Shown: positions 25,101 through 36,158, numbered from the stretch's first letter. The stretch is DNA of 64,000 nucleotides from Tubulanus polymorphus (GCF_964204645.1 NC_134030.1:3762778-3826777); one strand, 5' to 3'. Made by a program: numbers and translations. The notes: generated from the sequence alone by a model not told the origin.

Positions 25101-26653
25101 TGAGCTCCTTTCTCTCTATCTCGTGTGACTGTTAGGTGTCGAGTGCAACATCAGGGTGACACAAAAACACAGTTGCTAGAAGGCGTACAATATAATTACC
25201 TTTGTTCATCGCGGAGCGTTGTTGTGGAAGAACTTTCATTACTGTTTTGATTGAAGTTAGACGACGTTTGAGAAGCTTGAATTGCGATCTGAACTGATTC
25301 TTCACTTGAAGTCAGAGCCGCTTCCATTTTTCTGGAAATAGACACGAAACTCATCAGTAAAGGGTCTTTATACAGGCTCCCTACAGATCAGTCAATCCTG
25401 GGTATAAGGAGTTTTAAGGAAAAAATTACAAATTTTGAGAAAGCGGCCGCATCAATCCCAATTACAGTAGACTGGCAAATTAGTACTGTTTATCTCGGTA
25501 CACCTGTAATTTGGTGGTTTTGTCTTTTTTTGATGTATTTAAAAAACCTTTCATTGCGGGTTTGACACTCCATTCTAAGGCCAGACAAATTATCAAAAAT
25601 CTCTTGAAGAAATTGATGCATTATGGAACTATTGCTGGATGGACAGGTGTTTGTGAGGGACGGTTGATGAAACATGTTAACCCTTTCAGTGCATCTACAC
25701 CACAGTGCTGGTGGACTTAGCTAGTACACGGCAGTGTATGGTAATTAGTATTTATCTCTATTGAAAGATGGCAGCACCTGTCCACAGGCACTCGCTGATG
25801 GGATTGGGTTATCGCGATAATGTATCTTCCTTGGTCTTGGTTATTCTATGACTATATTACTGAAAGACGTTTCGACAAATTTGATAGTTTCACACAATCG
25901 ATGTAATAATAGGATATATCAGCGTCATAACACAAGTTTATGTCACATAAGATGAAAGTTTTAATTTTACATTTGATAAACGAGATTTTGTTATAAGCAT
26001 TTTGTGATGTCGCCATGTGGAGCCAGCGGCCAATGTCTTTTTAAACGCTTTCAGTAGCAAGACGTTTTTTTCTGATTATTGCAGAATAACCACTCAAAAC
26101 ACAGATACATTATCAATAACCCGAGGATCTATACCCTAAGCCCATCAGTGAGTGCCTGTGATATTTAATTCAATTCAATATAACTCTTTATTATACTGTT
26201 ATATCCATTACATATGGAGGTGTACAGAGAGTATAGATAGAATGTAAAATATTATTATCTAACAATACATCGCTCCGTGGTGTAGACACACTATAATGGC
26301 ATGCCTGTTATTCGATGCTTGGGGTAGAATTCAAATAATCTCCAGCACTTTCAGGTATTTACTAAACAGCACTGAAAAAAGGGTTAAATAGATAAAGATA
26401 ATTTCAATATTTACTTGTTGAAGACGATTGCGAAACTGTTATTATTCATCAATAATGCAGACGGGCTGCTGCTGTTTCCGACGACGGTCGATCCAGCCGG
26501 AATAATCGGTAAAATACTCGGCACAACGACTGAATCTATTTGACTTGTAGGTGAATTCCGCGTCCTATTATTGAGTTGATGTTGTCTGAGATCTCCTCCC
26601 GCTGCTGCTGCTGCTGGTGTCTGAGATGATTGTGGTAATTCTGCTTCAGACAT
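4163..26653 (-). CDS. GRAMD1: GRAM domain-containing protein 1 (Aster; GRAMD1B-like ER-PM sterol transporter)
   Basis: Phase-consistent exons: 26653-26415, 25331-25200, 22411-21719, 19795-19567, 19431-19347, 18688-18585, 18511-18332, 17695-17546, (16906-16796), 11156-10925, 10655-10512, 9935-9811, 8952-8760, 6357-6304, 5858-5618, 5180-5064, 4977-4857, 4261-4163. GRAM domain: VLSPTYKSKCEDF..DYSCALQKDILVHGRLYITQNWLCFYANIFRWET..KEKTARVIPNAIQI..FFTSFGARDKTYLMLFRVWQNAL. VASt domain: IPYGDSF..NRYCITRV..WGMVK. TM: LLVLILFNGLLYYKLWTLE. Luminal helix: EEWLALLKTQQYLHDNELERWK. Confidence 0.95.
5242..5352. mobile_element. Tourist/Harbinger-like MITE
   Basis: TIR gggg(a)tcattcatttattac ... gtaataaatgaatgacccc. 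Confidence 0.7.
7801..7953. mobile_element. Tc1/mariner-like MITE (TA-CAGT ends)
   Basis: tacagtaaacctagcctta ... gcgagattaactgta. Similar TA-CAGT-ended elements at ~8353-8500 and ~28334-28659. Confidence 0.55.
9297..9567. mobile_element. Harbinger-like MITE, TAA TSD, with internal ggcccg/gccaaatttggc palindromes
   Basis: taa-agccgccatcacac ... gtgtgatcgtggct-taa. A right-end fragment of the same family lies at ~32905-32987. Confidence 0.8.
10300..10479. mobile_element. MITE with ~20 bp TIR at a TTAA/TWA site
   Basis: ttaagcccaacgcacacggca ... tgccatgtgcgttgggcttaa. Confidence 0.85.
11628..11662 (+). ncRNA. Degenerate minimal type I hammerhead ribozyme motif inside an inverted-repeat element
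   Basis: CAC-CTGATGA-T-GGCTG caa CAGTC-(A)AAAC(A)TT-GTG. Stems I and II pair; two G>A changes in the core. Confidence 0.6.
13677..13800. repeat. Degenerate minisatellite (ctccagtaat... units of ~20-24 bp)
   Basis: ctccagtaa/tccagtaa/ctccaataa recur about 7 times; this explains the spurious ORFs here. Confidence 0.7.
16329..16370 (+). ncRNA. Minimal type I hammerhead ribozyme motif (one core substitution), Penelope type
   Basis: ACAC-CTGACGA-T-GATCTC tagtgt GAGATC-GAGAC-GTC-ATGT: perfect 6 bp stem II and GUC triplet; GAAA is GAGA. Confidence 0.65.
18027..18285. mobile_element. piggyBac-type MITE (TTAA TSD, CCCTT TIR)
   Basis: ttaa-ccctttcagtgc ... gcactggaaggg-ttaa. Homologous copies at ~21300-21576 and 25681-26383. 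Confidence 0.85.
21300..21576. mobile_element. Degenerate copy of the piggyBac-type MITE
   Basis: Shares aaaaattgcacccagtg, gtagttactaatatttca and caccgattt with 18027-18285; ends are eroded. Confidence 0.7.
22671..22713 (+). ncRNA. Minimal type I hammerhead ribozyme motif (intact CUGANGA/GAAA core), right arm of a palindrome
   Basis: ATTC-CTGAAGA-T-GACTAT tagaat ATAGT(G)-GAAAC-GTT-GAAT. Stem I is ATTC/GAAT; stem III is the self-complementary ACGT. Confidence 0.7.
23358..23617. repeat. 56 bp minisatellite, ~4.6 nearly identical copies
   Basis: gactagtgataaaactgtctttccaagacatattcttacttactgtactagtactt starts at 23358, 23413, 23469, 23525 and 23581. Confidence 0.95.
24882..25005. repeat. ~60 bp tandem duplication
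   Basis: ttttcaacacaaatttcattaaaagaacttt...ccaaatact.aaggtttt occurs twice. Confidence 0.8.
25681..26383. mobile_element. piggyBac-type MITE (inverted copy) interrupted by a nested TIR element
   Basis: ttaa-ccctttcagtgc ... gcactgaaaaaaggg-ttaa. Nested element at 25783-26160 with TIR cacaggcactcgctgatggg / cccatcagtgagtgcctgtg. Confidence 0.85.
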
Positions 26654-27273
26654 GACTTTCTACAATTGACAGCTTTCAATCTCTTCTACAAATCAATTCG
26701 TAAATCTTCATTTTATGAATAAGAGTTTCGTTGAGTTAATTATTACCAATATTCAACGACTTATCAACTGATTTGCAGCTGTCTCTCGCTCGAATTCGAA
26801 TGAAAACTGCGGTCTGCGGAAACAAAAAAAAATCTGGTCCGGTCGACAAAATGATCGCATTGAATGAGGTGAAATAGCGGCGTCTTATCCTTATCTATCT
26901 CGACACAGAACTGTCTAAAATAATGGACTTAATCGATAACGACATAGAAATGAACCAGTCAAAACGAGCGAACTAAAGTGTTTCAATGTCGGAGCGAGAC
27001 TTGACAAGCCGCCATTTTGTTACAGCTGGTCGCAGCGCTGCTTCGTCTAACGGAATGCTCCGAAGCTATTAAGGGTGACTCCCAAAAAAAATCCAAACAA
27101 CGTGTACTAATAAAGTTGAAGTGAATTGAACTCGTGGCGGGTTCTCGAGGTCGTGTGGAATCAGGAAGTGAAGGCAAATTCAATTAAACTTTATTTACCG
27201 CTGCGAAATTTATTTGCTATCTAACATATTGTCGGCTTGACAGATACCTAAGATTGAAATTTTGGTATCTAAA
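26654..27273. promoter_or_regulatory. Bidirectional promoter region of GRAMD1 and CDK5RAP3
   Basis: Divergent ATGs ~620 bp apart. CpG-rich, with a YY1-type gccgccattttg (~27008) and an ETS-type ggaagtg (~27164). Confidence 0.65.
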
Positions 27274-30200
27274 ATGGAGGTAAATTCTAAGCAATGACAA
27301 GAGACCAGGGAAAAACTGTATGAAAATCCTTTCAGTCTCAAAAACGGCTTTACTACAATTAGGGAACTGCTTCAAAAATGCAACAACAAAAAAATTTCAA
27401 TTTTTTTCAATTTCATAGAAAAATATGACACCGTTTTTACTGATCACAAAAGCTAATGTTTGAAGACGTGATGATTTCAGGTTGACAATTTGCCAATTGA
27501 TATCCATTACAACAAATTGCTTGGTAAGTTGTAACATCAATAAATGTCCCTCTTTCGGTTATTGTGTTTGTTAACATCGTACTACGATTCATAGATAGGA
27601 GAGAGAGGTAGATAAACAATTATTCATTCCGCTCTTTTGGTTGTAGATTGGTTGATTAACCGACGACATTGTCTGCATCAATGGCAGGCATCAGCAATAA
27701 CAATCAGAGAGAAAATCAATAACGCCATCCAAGATATGCCTGCAGTTGAAGAGATTACAAAACTTCTGCAAGGCACATGTAAGTTTATTTTCATTATGAA
27801 ATCTATCAAAACATGACATCATTTGTGATGAAGATCGCCGACCTGAGCCAGTTGATTTGTAATTACACAGCTGTGGTGTCTGAGAAATGATTTGTGTCAT
27901 ATCTTTTTCTTTTGTTTTACAGATATCAACTATTTCCATTGTTTGCGTATTGTGGAAATACTGAAAGACACCGAAGCAAACACGAAAAATATCTTCGGTC
28001 GTTATTCGTCTCAACGAATGAAGGTACAATAGCTATTTATATCATCTCTATTTTTCATTATCATGAAATTCTACCTATACTCACTCCATGTTTTAACAGG
28101 ATTGGAATGAAATTGTTCAGTTATACGAAAAAGATGGCATTTACCTAGGTATGTATAAAAATCACATCATAGACTGTAGGTCGTAGAGGTTACAATCGGT
28201 TGTGATCATTTTTGAAATGTTTGTGTTCAGCTGAAGTTGCGCAGTTGCTGACAAGAAATGTCAATTATGAGATACCTTCCCTGAAAAAACAGATTGCCAA
28301 ATGCAAGCAGACACACGATGTAAGTAACATGATTACAATAAACCCTGTTTACCCCAGAGTCGATTGCTTCTGATTACATTAAGCGTGCCCAAGACAATAT
28401 GTTATTTGTTTTCTTACCTCAATACGCTGGATCCATCATTTAACATCTTTTGTTTATTCCGAATATTGTTAAAAAACTTATCTTGTATTGTAGTTTAACT
28501 ACAATACAAGATAATAATTCATTTTTCATTTAATAAATGAAAAATTAATTATTATCATTAAACCTCGTAACATCAACCCTGCTTCAACTGCCCCAGAATT
28601 TCGACCCACCTCCGAAAGGAGTTATTTGTCGTGTGAGATGCAAGAGGGAGTCTACTGTAGTAAGAAATCACAATAATATCTTGATTCGTGCGTTTCAGGA
28701 GACAATTAAAAAGGAAGCTGAATATGTCACTTTAGAAAATGAATTCAAACAGAAGTATCATGCTGCTTGTAAACAAATGGATATTCCGGTAAGTACATAA
28801 TGATATATTAGATCCTGGGTTCGTATCCTAGTTGTATTACAACTAAATGTATTTAAATTTCATAGATTGATTATGTTATCTCTTTATTCTAAGGGCGTTC
28901 GCATTAAAACTGAGTTGATGGCATTATTAAATGATCTACCGTCTGAATTAGACAACGTTGTCAAGTCTACGTCAAATCTTTCATCAGCTGTTGAATATTG
29001 TCGTTCATTCGTTCAGTTTATAAGTGGCAGGTATAAACTCAATAGATAAATCCATTTCCTCACGTAGATATAAGTTTCTGTACCAATATAGAGATAACCA
29101 CACTCAAACGTGGTGAACGGATAATAAGATAAAAACCCACTATCTACAGATTAAAAGAATTTAAAAACAAGAATTTATTAATTCAAGCAATCTCAAATAT
29201 ATAGAATACACAACGTTTCGATCTCACCCTAGAGATCATTGTCCATTGTCTGGGGTGAGATCGAAACGTTGTGTATTCTATATATTTTAGATTGCTTGAA
29301 TTAATAAATTCTTGTTTTTAAATTCTTTTAATCTGTAGATAGTGGGTTTTTATCGTATTTTCTTTATCAATACTTGAGAATTTTCTGTAATTACATGGAA
29401 AACTCAGGGGATATCTAAATGGGCAAAAAGAGTGTCCACCCTGTCCCTGTACTAGGGATTGCGTGAACGGTCGCAGCTATAACCAGTTAACTGCCAGCTT
29501 TGCGAAAAAAATGATTTCTCTTCCAGTTCAAATCATCAGTCGTCGTCATTTAGAATGTTGGATCACTTAATGACGAAAGGAAACACAACAATTTATGAAT
29601 GGAAGAACGGCGAGGCTCCTCGACGCGTTGAAGAAACACCACTTGATATTGAATTTGAAGACGAAGAAGAGAAATCTGACCAGGTAACAAACTCATCGAC
29701 ACAATATCAACAATCAGAGTTTTCACCATAGAATTTTTCTCATTTATTCGTATTATCTCAGATTGATTGGGGAACAGAAGATTTGGATCTTGGAAATCTA
29801 GAATCAGCTCTGGACAACATCACATTTGAAGAGGTGATTTATTTTGATATTGATGCGCTTACAATTCAATGATGTCTATTGAAGATATTGCATAAATATA
29901 ATACTTGTATGTTATATAAGGATAATTGATTTTATATGTTAGGGTGCTATTGATTTCGGAGATGGAGATGGAGGTGAAATAGACTGGGGTGATGTTGAAA
30001 GTGTTGATATCCAAGTAGAAGATGGTGGCGACACTATTGACATAGCTGTAGAAGGTAATATAATATACGACAGTATTTATGTAACTGAAACTTCATTAGG
30101 TCTATAGATTGATTCACAATAAAGACAGCTTAAAAAATTGTATCTACCGGTGAGGCCTTTTTCAGATAAGCCAGAAATATTTTAAAATGTCAATGATCGA

Positions 30201-31787
30201 TATGGTCTGTTTTTTTCGTGCAGAAGAACCAGGTGTTGCAAAAGGAAATGATGCCCTAAGTATATTAGACGATACTGAAACCAGAAATCTGTTTCTTGAT
30301 GATCTGTACGAGGTCGGTGAAAAGTAAATTCGTAAATTCAATCTCAAATTCTACTGTCAAATTAGAAATTAATGTATATTTGAAATTTTTTAGTTGCAAG
30401 CATTTTTCCATCAACGATTAGATGATTTAAACGGTCACACGGACACAATTTGTGACATCATGTTTCAGTCAGCGCCGTCAGAATTACAGCTCGACGTGTC
30501 CGCCGTTGAAAAGATGTTAGCTCGAATCGATGATGTCTTACAGTTGATAAATGCAACAAAAATGCAACATATGTTAACTATACGCAGTTTCCCGAGGTAA
30601 GGAATATAATCATTATTTACTGTTGACTTTTTTCCGGAAAATATGAATTCTTGATTTTTTTTAACACCCGCTAAGTGTCACGTAGGGCATTATAAGCGGG
30701 TTCGATGTTTCTTTTTCCCAATAGGGGAGAGACCAGAGAAGAACCTTCGACCAAGAAACTCTGTTGCCACCAGGGTTTGAATCCATAAACCCTGGATCGA
30801 CGAGACCAGTGACCGGTGGCTTAAACCACTCGGCCACTGCACCTCACTTAGATTCTTGAAGATTAAATGGGCTAGGTGTAACAGATTAAGAAAAAAGAAA
30901 TTTTTTTTCTTATGAACTTTTCATCAAATTTCAGATACGTTCATCGGTTAGCGGAGAACATGAAACAGCATATGTCACAAGCGGAAAAATATCACCAGAT
31001 GCAAAAACTAATGGTCGAGAAACGTGATGAAATGAGAGAGGAAGAAAAGCGCATGGAACCGAAAGTTAAACTCATTAGAAATAAAACGTTGGAATTAAAA
31101 AAACAGGTGCTGTTTAGACAAAAAAAAGTTGATACCCTGTTTCTCATTTCTGCTAAGGTTAAAAGTTGACCTGGTCGGCCACCTTTCTATCCTGTACTTA
31201 ACTTTCTTTTAAATCGTGATCAAGCCAACCATAAGTGACCCAGCAGTTATAGAAATGAACTGATTACAAATTTTATTGCTGTTTACAAAATTACATGGTC
31301 GATTATGAGAAACAAGTTAGTTACTGGCATTGTCTGTGAAGTCAACTAAAGATCCCAATACAACTGTTTGAATCGGAGAGCATTTCATGTAAACTATTTT
31401 TTTTGGCTTACATTTCAATGCATTGATAGTGTTTAGATAAAATACTCCTCTTATTCAGACTGTTGTTTTGGGATCTTTTGAGGACTCTAAAGACAATAAC
31501 TAACCACAAAATACGATATAATCCATCTTCACAACATGCATCAACATCTTACAATCTTTCATGTTACCTAGCATTATTTGACCTTGGAGTAATCATTTGA
31601 TAAATTAGACAAATGATTACTCCAAGATTGGACAAAGACGGTATGGATCAATGTACGTATTACAATACGCCATGCGTAGCTTTGATGTCTTAAAACTGAT
31701 TTCTTTTACTTTCAGATCGAGTCAGAAATTTCGAAAAAGTATAAAAACCGACCCGTAAACATCATGGGAGAAATAAACGTGATTTGA
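27274..31787 (+). CDS. CDK5RAP3: CDK5 regulatory subunit-associated protein 3 (C53; UFM1 E3 adaptor / ER-phagy receptor)
   Basis: Exons: 27274-27279, 27481-27523, 27647-27778, 27923-28023, 28100-28148, 28231-28319, 28699-28788, 28894-29030, 29527-29683, 29762-29833, 29943-30054, 30224-30312, 30394-30596, 30935-31106, 31716-31787. Protein: MEVDNLPIDIHYNKLLDWLINRRHC..REKINNAIQDMP..YINYFHC..KNIFGRYSSQRMKDW..RNVNYEIPSLKKQ..IDWG..ISKKYKNRPVNIMGEIN. Confidence 0.96.
29124..29358. repeat. Near-perfect palindrome, ~105 bp arms (inverted dimer of the hammerhead-bearing element)
   Basis: Left arm gataaaaacccactatctacagattaaaagaat...caacgtttcgatctcaccc; right arm gggtgagatcgaaacgttg...atagtgggtttttatc; spacer ~22 bp. 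Confidence 0.92.
30655..30845 (-). mobile_element. tRNA-derived SINE
   Basis: Minus strand GAGGTGCAGTGGCCGAGTGGTTTAAG (A box) ... GGATTCAAACCC (B box), then a non-tRNA body and an A-rich tail. Confidence 0.7.
31139..31315. repeat. Interspersed repeat (second copy at ~47836-47998)
   Basis: Shared tttctgct..aaaagttgacctgg..aaccataa..gaccc.gcagt..aattttattgc.gttt.caaaat..gagaaacaa. Short inverted termini tgtttctcat/atgagaaaca. Confidence 0.75.
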
Positions 31788-32792
31788 TTTTAATTTCGGT
31801 TATTTATTTATGGAATTGTTGGTGTTCAAATAAATTTTATGTACGTCACTGTATTTGACTGTTTCGTTAAAATTGACGCACGAATCCGATGGTTGATTTC
31901 ATTACAGCAGACTCATAAGTATTTCACCGGAGAAAAGAATCGGGGAATTTCAAGATTTTTCCGAACAGATTTTAGGAAAAATTATCAACCCGATCGATTC
32001 ACCCGAGTTGATCAGTACCGAGTAAGCATGAGTGGGGCTGTAATTGAACTACACGTGCATTGATGAACTTATCGTAAGTCAATCGATTGAACTTCAGGCA
32101 GAGCCGCACGCGCAGATTAACAAAATTTTCCTGGGCCTACGTTGGATCAAATAACGTTCTATCGAATAGTGAGCCTAGTCATCCGCATTGTCTGGAGGCC
32201 AATGTACCTTCAAGTGTTGCTAAATATTCGTCAGCTGGCCTTGTCATTACGGTCCCGTTGTTGCGAGTCGCGCTGCGCAGTCGTTGGAGTGGTCTTTTTC
32301 GCGAGGGAAAAAACGTTCGATTTGCTGCTGAACTCGACAAACGCCTGTTGATAATTGCAGGCGGCATCTGTTACCTCATTATTTATGTACAAAAGCATTC
32401 ACTCTACGGGACATAGAGGCAGTCAGTGAAATATTACACAAATATATTCATATATATATTACGCAAAAAAGGTGCGGGAATCTAGGAAAACAAAAGGTGA
32501 GTTTTACGCGTTTTAGGGGATCAATGTGAGCGTCGTATTGTATCAATGACGTACGCAATCATTTTGCTATAGTCACAAGGCTACAGGCCCGAGACAAATT
32601 AGTGGCCTGTCGTTTATGAAGGAGAGAGATAGAGAGAGAGTGTAACGTCAATCACTCACTCGTTACTGAAATGCTATCAAAACGAAGCCGATTCAATCTC
32701 ACAACAATAGTCTAGTACCTAGCCGTCGTTCCACAAACAACCCGTTGTAGGGAACCCGTAACAACGACTGGTATTCAGACTACCACAACCTG

Positions 32793-32900
32793 GATCCAGT
32801 TCCACAGTTCTGAGTTAGAGTTGACTCTGAGTTAAAATTAGTTCATTTTCAATGTTTTAACTCAGGGTCAAATCTTCACTCACAACTGTGGAACTGGGCC
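32793..32900. mobile_element. MITE (CWG site); same family as 59563-59668, opposite orientation
   Basis: TIR ccagttccacagttctgag ... ctcacaactgtggaactgg; the interior is the reverse complement of the 59.6 kb copy. Confidence 0.85.
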
Positions 32901-33779
32901 CAGTGTGCTAAATTCACACGGAATTATTTGACCCGCGCTAAAATGTGGCACCGGCCCGGGCCAATAACGCTCGTGTGATCATAGCTTAGAATTCTTGCTT
33001 TCTTAAGCTCTATTTTTGCTTCAGAAATTTCCCAGTCATGAATAATCACAACTGATGTTTGTTTGATGTATTTATGTAATTGCAATCGATGTTCAGCAGC
33101 GCATTTTCTAAACGCGATCCGTATTCACAGTTTCTCTAAAAACACCTCAACCACGTAGAGTCATGCGCGGCATCCCCATGGAAACCTGCTCAAAGCTAAT
33201 CAGATATCCAGGCGGACCCACAGAGAGAACCAAGAGCACCGATACTATAGACGGGTAGAATGAATTTAATGCTTCGAACATGGCCAATAGGCCTACCATA
33301 TTTTTCCAGGCAAATTTTACCGCATTGAATTTCGATTGTGGTGGACTATAGTTGATTATCTTGAGGTATACATTTCGATGAAAATGAAATCCCACGCTGT
33401 AGCAATTGACCAATTGTGCGACTCAGCATTGGACGAATTCAAACCGCTGAAAAGAAGTCCACAGCCAACGCAGTTCGTTTTCGCAAAAACGCGCAACCTT
33501 TGGTGGACCTTTAGAAACGGCGATATAAATTTAAGACGTCTCATGGAGGCGGTAAACACGCTCATAATATTCTAGGCTACCCATGGAATCCGCTACCTGT
33601 TTTACGTGCAAGGACCGGGAGTAAGCGACAAGCCTAGGATTTTATTCAATTTCTGAGAATTCATTTTTCAAAAGTTGACGTTTTTCCGATTTGGACGGTT
33701 TGCCGTCAACACCCGTAACTCCCCCTCCGCAAGCCTGAGTGTATACGTACATAACTACGTAATTGTTACTCTTTTTAGG

Positions 33780-34358
33780 ATGTCGTCAAATGAAGGACAA
33801 GCTACGGTTACCCGCACTACGACGTCGACTGTCGGCCCGCCGTATCCGAATCGCTGGGTTCTTATTACCGGTATCGGTGAGATGGTCTGTGCGCTCATAC
33901 TGCTCGTATTAGGGATAGTTATCGCGTCCGTAAGGAGTGGAATGAAAGTACAGATAGGACAGTTCCAGTTGAACAGTGCGAAAGCGGGCGATTTACAAGT
34001 TCACTGGTGGGCGTTTATATTTTTCCTCGCAGGAGGTGTCGTGGCTATGATTTCGTGGAAAGTTCCGAAATGGATAGTTCGGATTTTTGCAACAATCGTA
34101 AGCTGCATCATCTGCGTATTGGCGCTGATAGCTTTCATATGCGCATGCGTGAATACAGAAAGCTACAGAAAATACATGAATCAGATGAAACTTATAAACA
34201 GTTCCGAACCTACGACCCTTTATGCCCTAAGTATATGCGTCACGATCGTTACATTGGCCGGCGGGGTCTTCTTCGGCATCCAGGCATTCTTTTGCGTAAA
34301 ATGGGCAATAGCGACGCATCAACAAACGAGTACGTCCACGCACACTGTCAGAACATAA
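33780..34358 (+). CDS. Four-TM membrane protein (CD20/MS4A-like tetraspan), 192 aa, single coding exon
   Basis: Acceptor ctttttag|g immediately before ATG 33780. Four hydrophobic helices: LITGIGEMVCALILLVLGIVI; HWWAFIFFLAGGVVAMISW; IFATIVSCIICVLALIAFICACV; LYALSICVTIVTLAGGVFFGIQAFFC. Confidence 0.8.
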   Translation: MSSNEGQATVTRTTTSTVGPPYPNRWVLITGIGEMVCALILLVLGIVIASVRSGMKVQIGQFQLNSAKAGDLQVHWWAFIFFLAGGVVAMISWKVPKWIVRIFATIVSCIICVLALIAFICACVNTESYRKYMNQMKLINSSEPTTLYALSICVTIVTLAGGVFFGIQAFFCVKWAIATHQQTSTSTHTVRT

Positions 34359-36158
34359 ACTACACGATCATTCGCTCTTAATAACATTTAGTTCTAGAAT
34401 ATATTATGAATAAGGTTACATATCTATCATTAACATGTCATTATCGTATAAGTAATTTTAAATGCATTTTGTGGCCCTGCAATCTGAATATCCGGCTGAG
34501 TACTAATGTAAGAATAATTTTTTATAAATTTCTATATATGAATTTTTCTACCTAATCCTATTGAACCAGTGTCGAATGAGTCAATTCATCTCCTGCAGAA
34601 CATGTGCTTGCTTTTTAAATTTCATTTATTATATATATTATTATATGTACAAATAATTATATCTGTATAGTATATAGGCCTACTATCATTGAACACTTCG
34701 TCAATTTCACGATTGATCTTTTTACGATATTCGATAAATCAATTAGACAATTTACATGAATATAATATGTATACGAGGATTTTCCGGTTATAATGATAAT
34801 AAATTTATGATTCTATTGCTTTTTGCGGTCAATAAAAGATGTTTATTCAATTTACTGTTTGAAATACACACATTCCAGAGAGGATACGTCGTATGATGTC
34901 AGACGATTACAGAAAAGACGGTGGCAGAGAAGACATGTTTTACTGTTCACACAACGACTAGTCAGTCGTGGCGCTGTTGTTTTGAAAAAGGATAAACGGT
35001 TTTGTCCTTTTTCAAAATCTTGCGGCTCGGTCCTGTGCCCATGAGAATACATTGTGGTAGAGTACACCATGGACGTATAAAGTCTAGTATATACGTCCAT
35101 GAGTACACTTGCCAACCGCTTGATTTCATCCAAAATGAATAGGATTCGCGCAGACGGCGGCCCTTCTACAATGTCGAGATTCTTAGATTGAACATTTTCA
35201 CAAGTCTCATTAAAACGAGTATCATTTCGTACCAATTACTGATCATAAAAAATCAAACTAACCTGGGAAGTAATATAAAAATTTTAGGTTCAAATAGTAG
35301 GGCCTACAATTCATTGTCACTTTGAATAATAAAGGTTGAATAAATATGTACACTGCACTCTAGATCTACATTTTTCATTAAATACGGTGTGACACGTGCA
35401 AATGCAAGACATGAACGGGGACTGTATACGACAACCTAAACATGTAAGTATACAGTACTGTAACTGAAAACTTCTATTACTTCGACTTAATACGTTGAAA
35501 AACATGTTTTCACGTTGTTTCTACATTTTCAGCTCTAATTCAATAAGTATTTCTGGCCAACCACTTGGTTTACGGCAAGTCAATTACCAAAACTATACAT
35601 AATTCTACATGCCATCCTTGAAAACACAATTTGAGGCGTCGAAAAGAGAAGTGTATTTTTAATACGCCTATACCCGAGAAAAAGGATTTTTTCCAAATAT
35701 TTATATACATATCACACCAATACACACTGAATGATTTAGACACTAAATGTATTAAACACATATCGACAACACGTGCTTTTTCAACAGCATATTTGCTTTG
35801 CCCGGCCCATATATAGAAATTGAATATCTCGCAGATGCAACGTGCTGACGATGGCTCTTGAAACCACTAGCGAGGCTATGTTATATCGGAACATTGATTG
35901 AGACAGCAGTTTGCAAACAATTGGATATAACGGTTAACAGCATGTATAAAATATTTCAAAATATGAAAATACAACGTACTACATAGAGGTACTTATATAC
36001 CTGGGCCCAGTTGCACAAACAAGGCATAGATCACATTTAACTGAGAAAACTGGTTTATTAACCTCGAAAAATCTTTTTAATAGACATGTCCCCATGTCGC
36101 TATTATATATTCAAGCAACATAATTTTCTTACTTTATTTCTAAATTCGTTCGCAGATA

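Noticed and set aside
30765-30845. tRNA gene on the minus strand
   Set aside because: A and B boxes are present but there is no clean cloverleaf or acceptor stem, and it continues into a SINE-like body.
32087-33575. Short ORFs between CDK5RAP3 and the tetraspan gene
   Set aside because: No domains or consistent splicing; more likely promoter and 5' UTR exons (donors near 32498 and 33621).
35848-35875. CTGACGATG...GAAAC match
   Set aside because: No stem II and no flanking inverted repeat.
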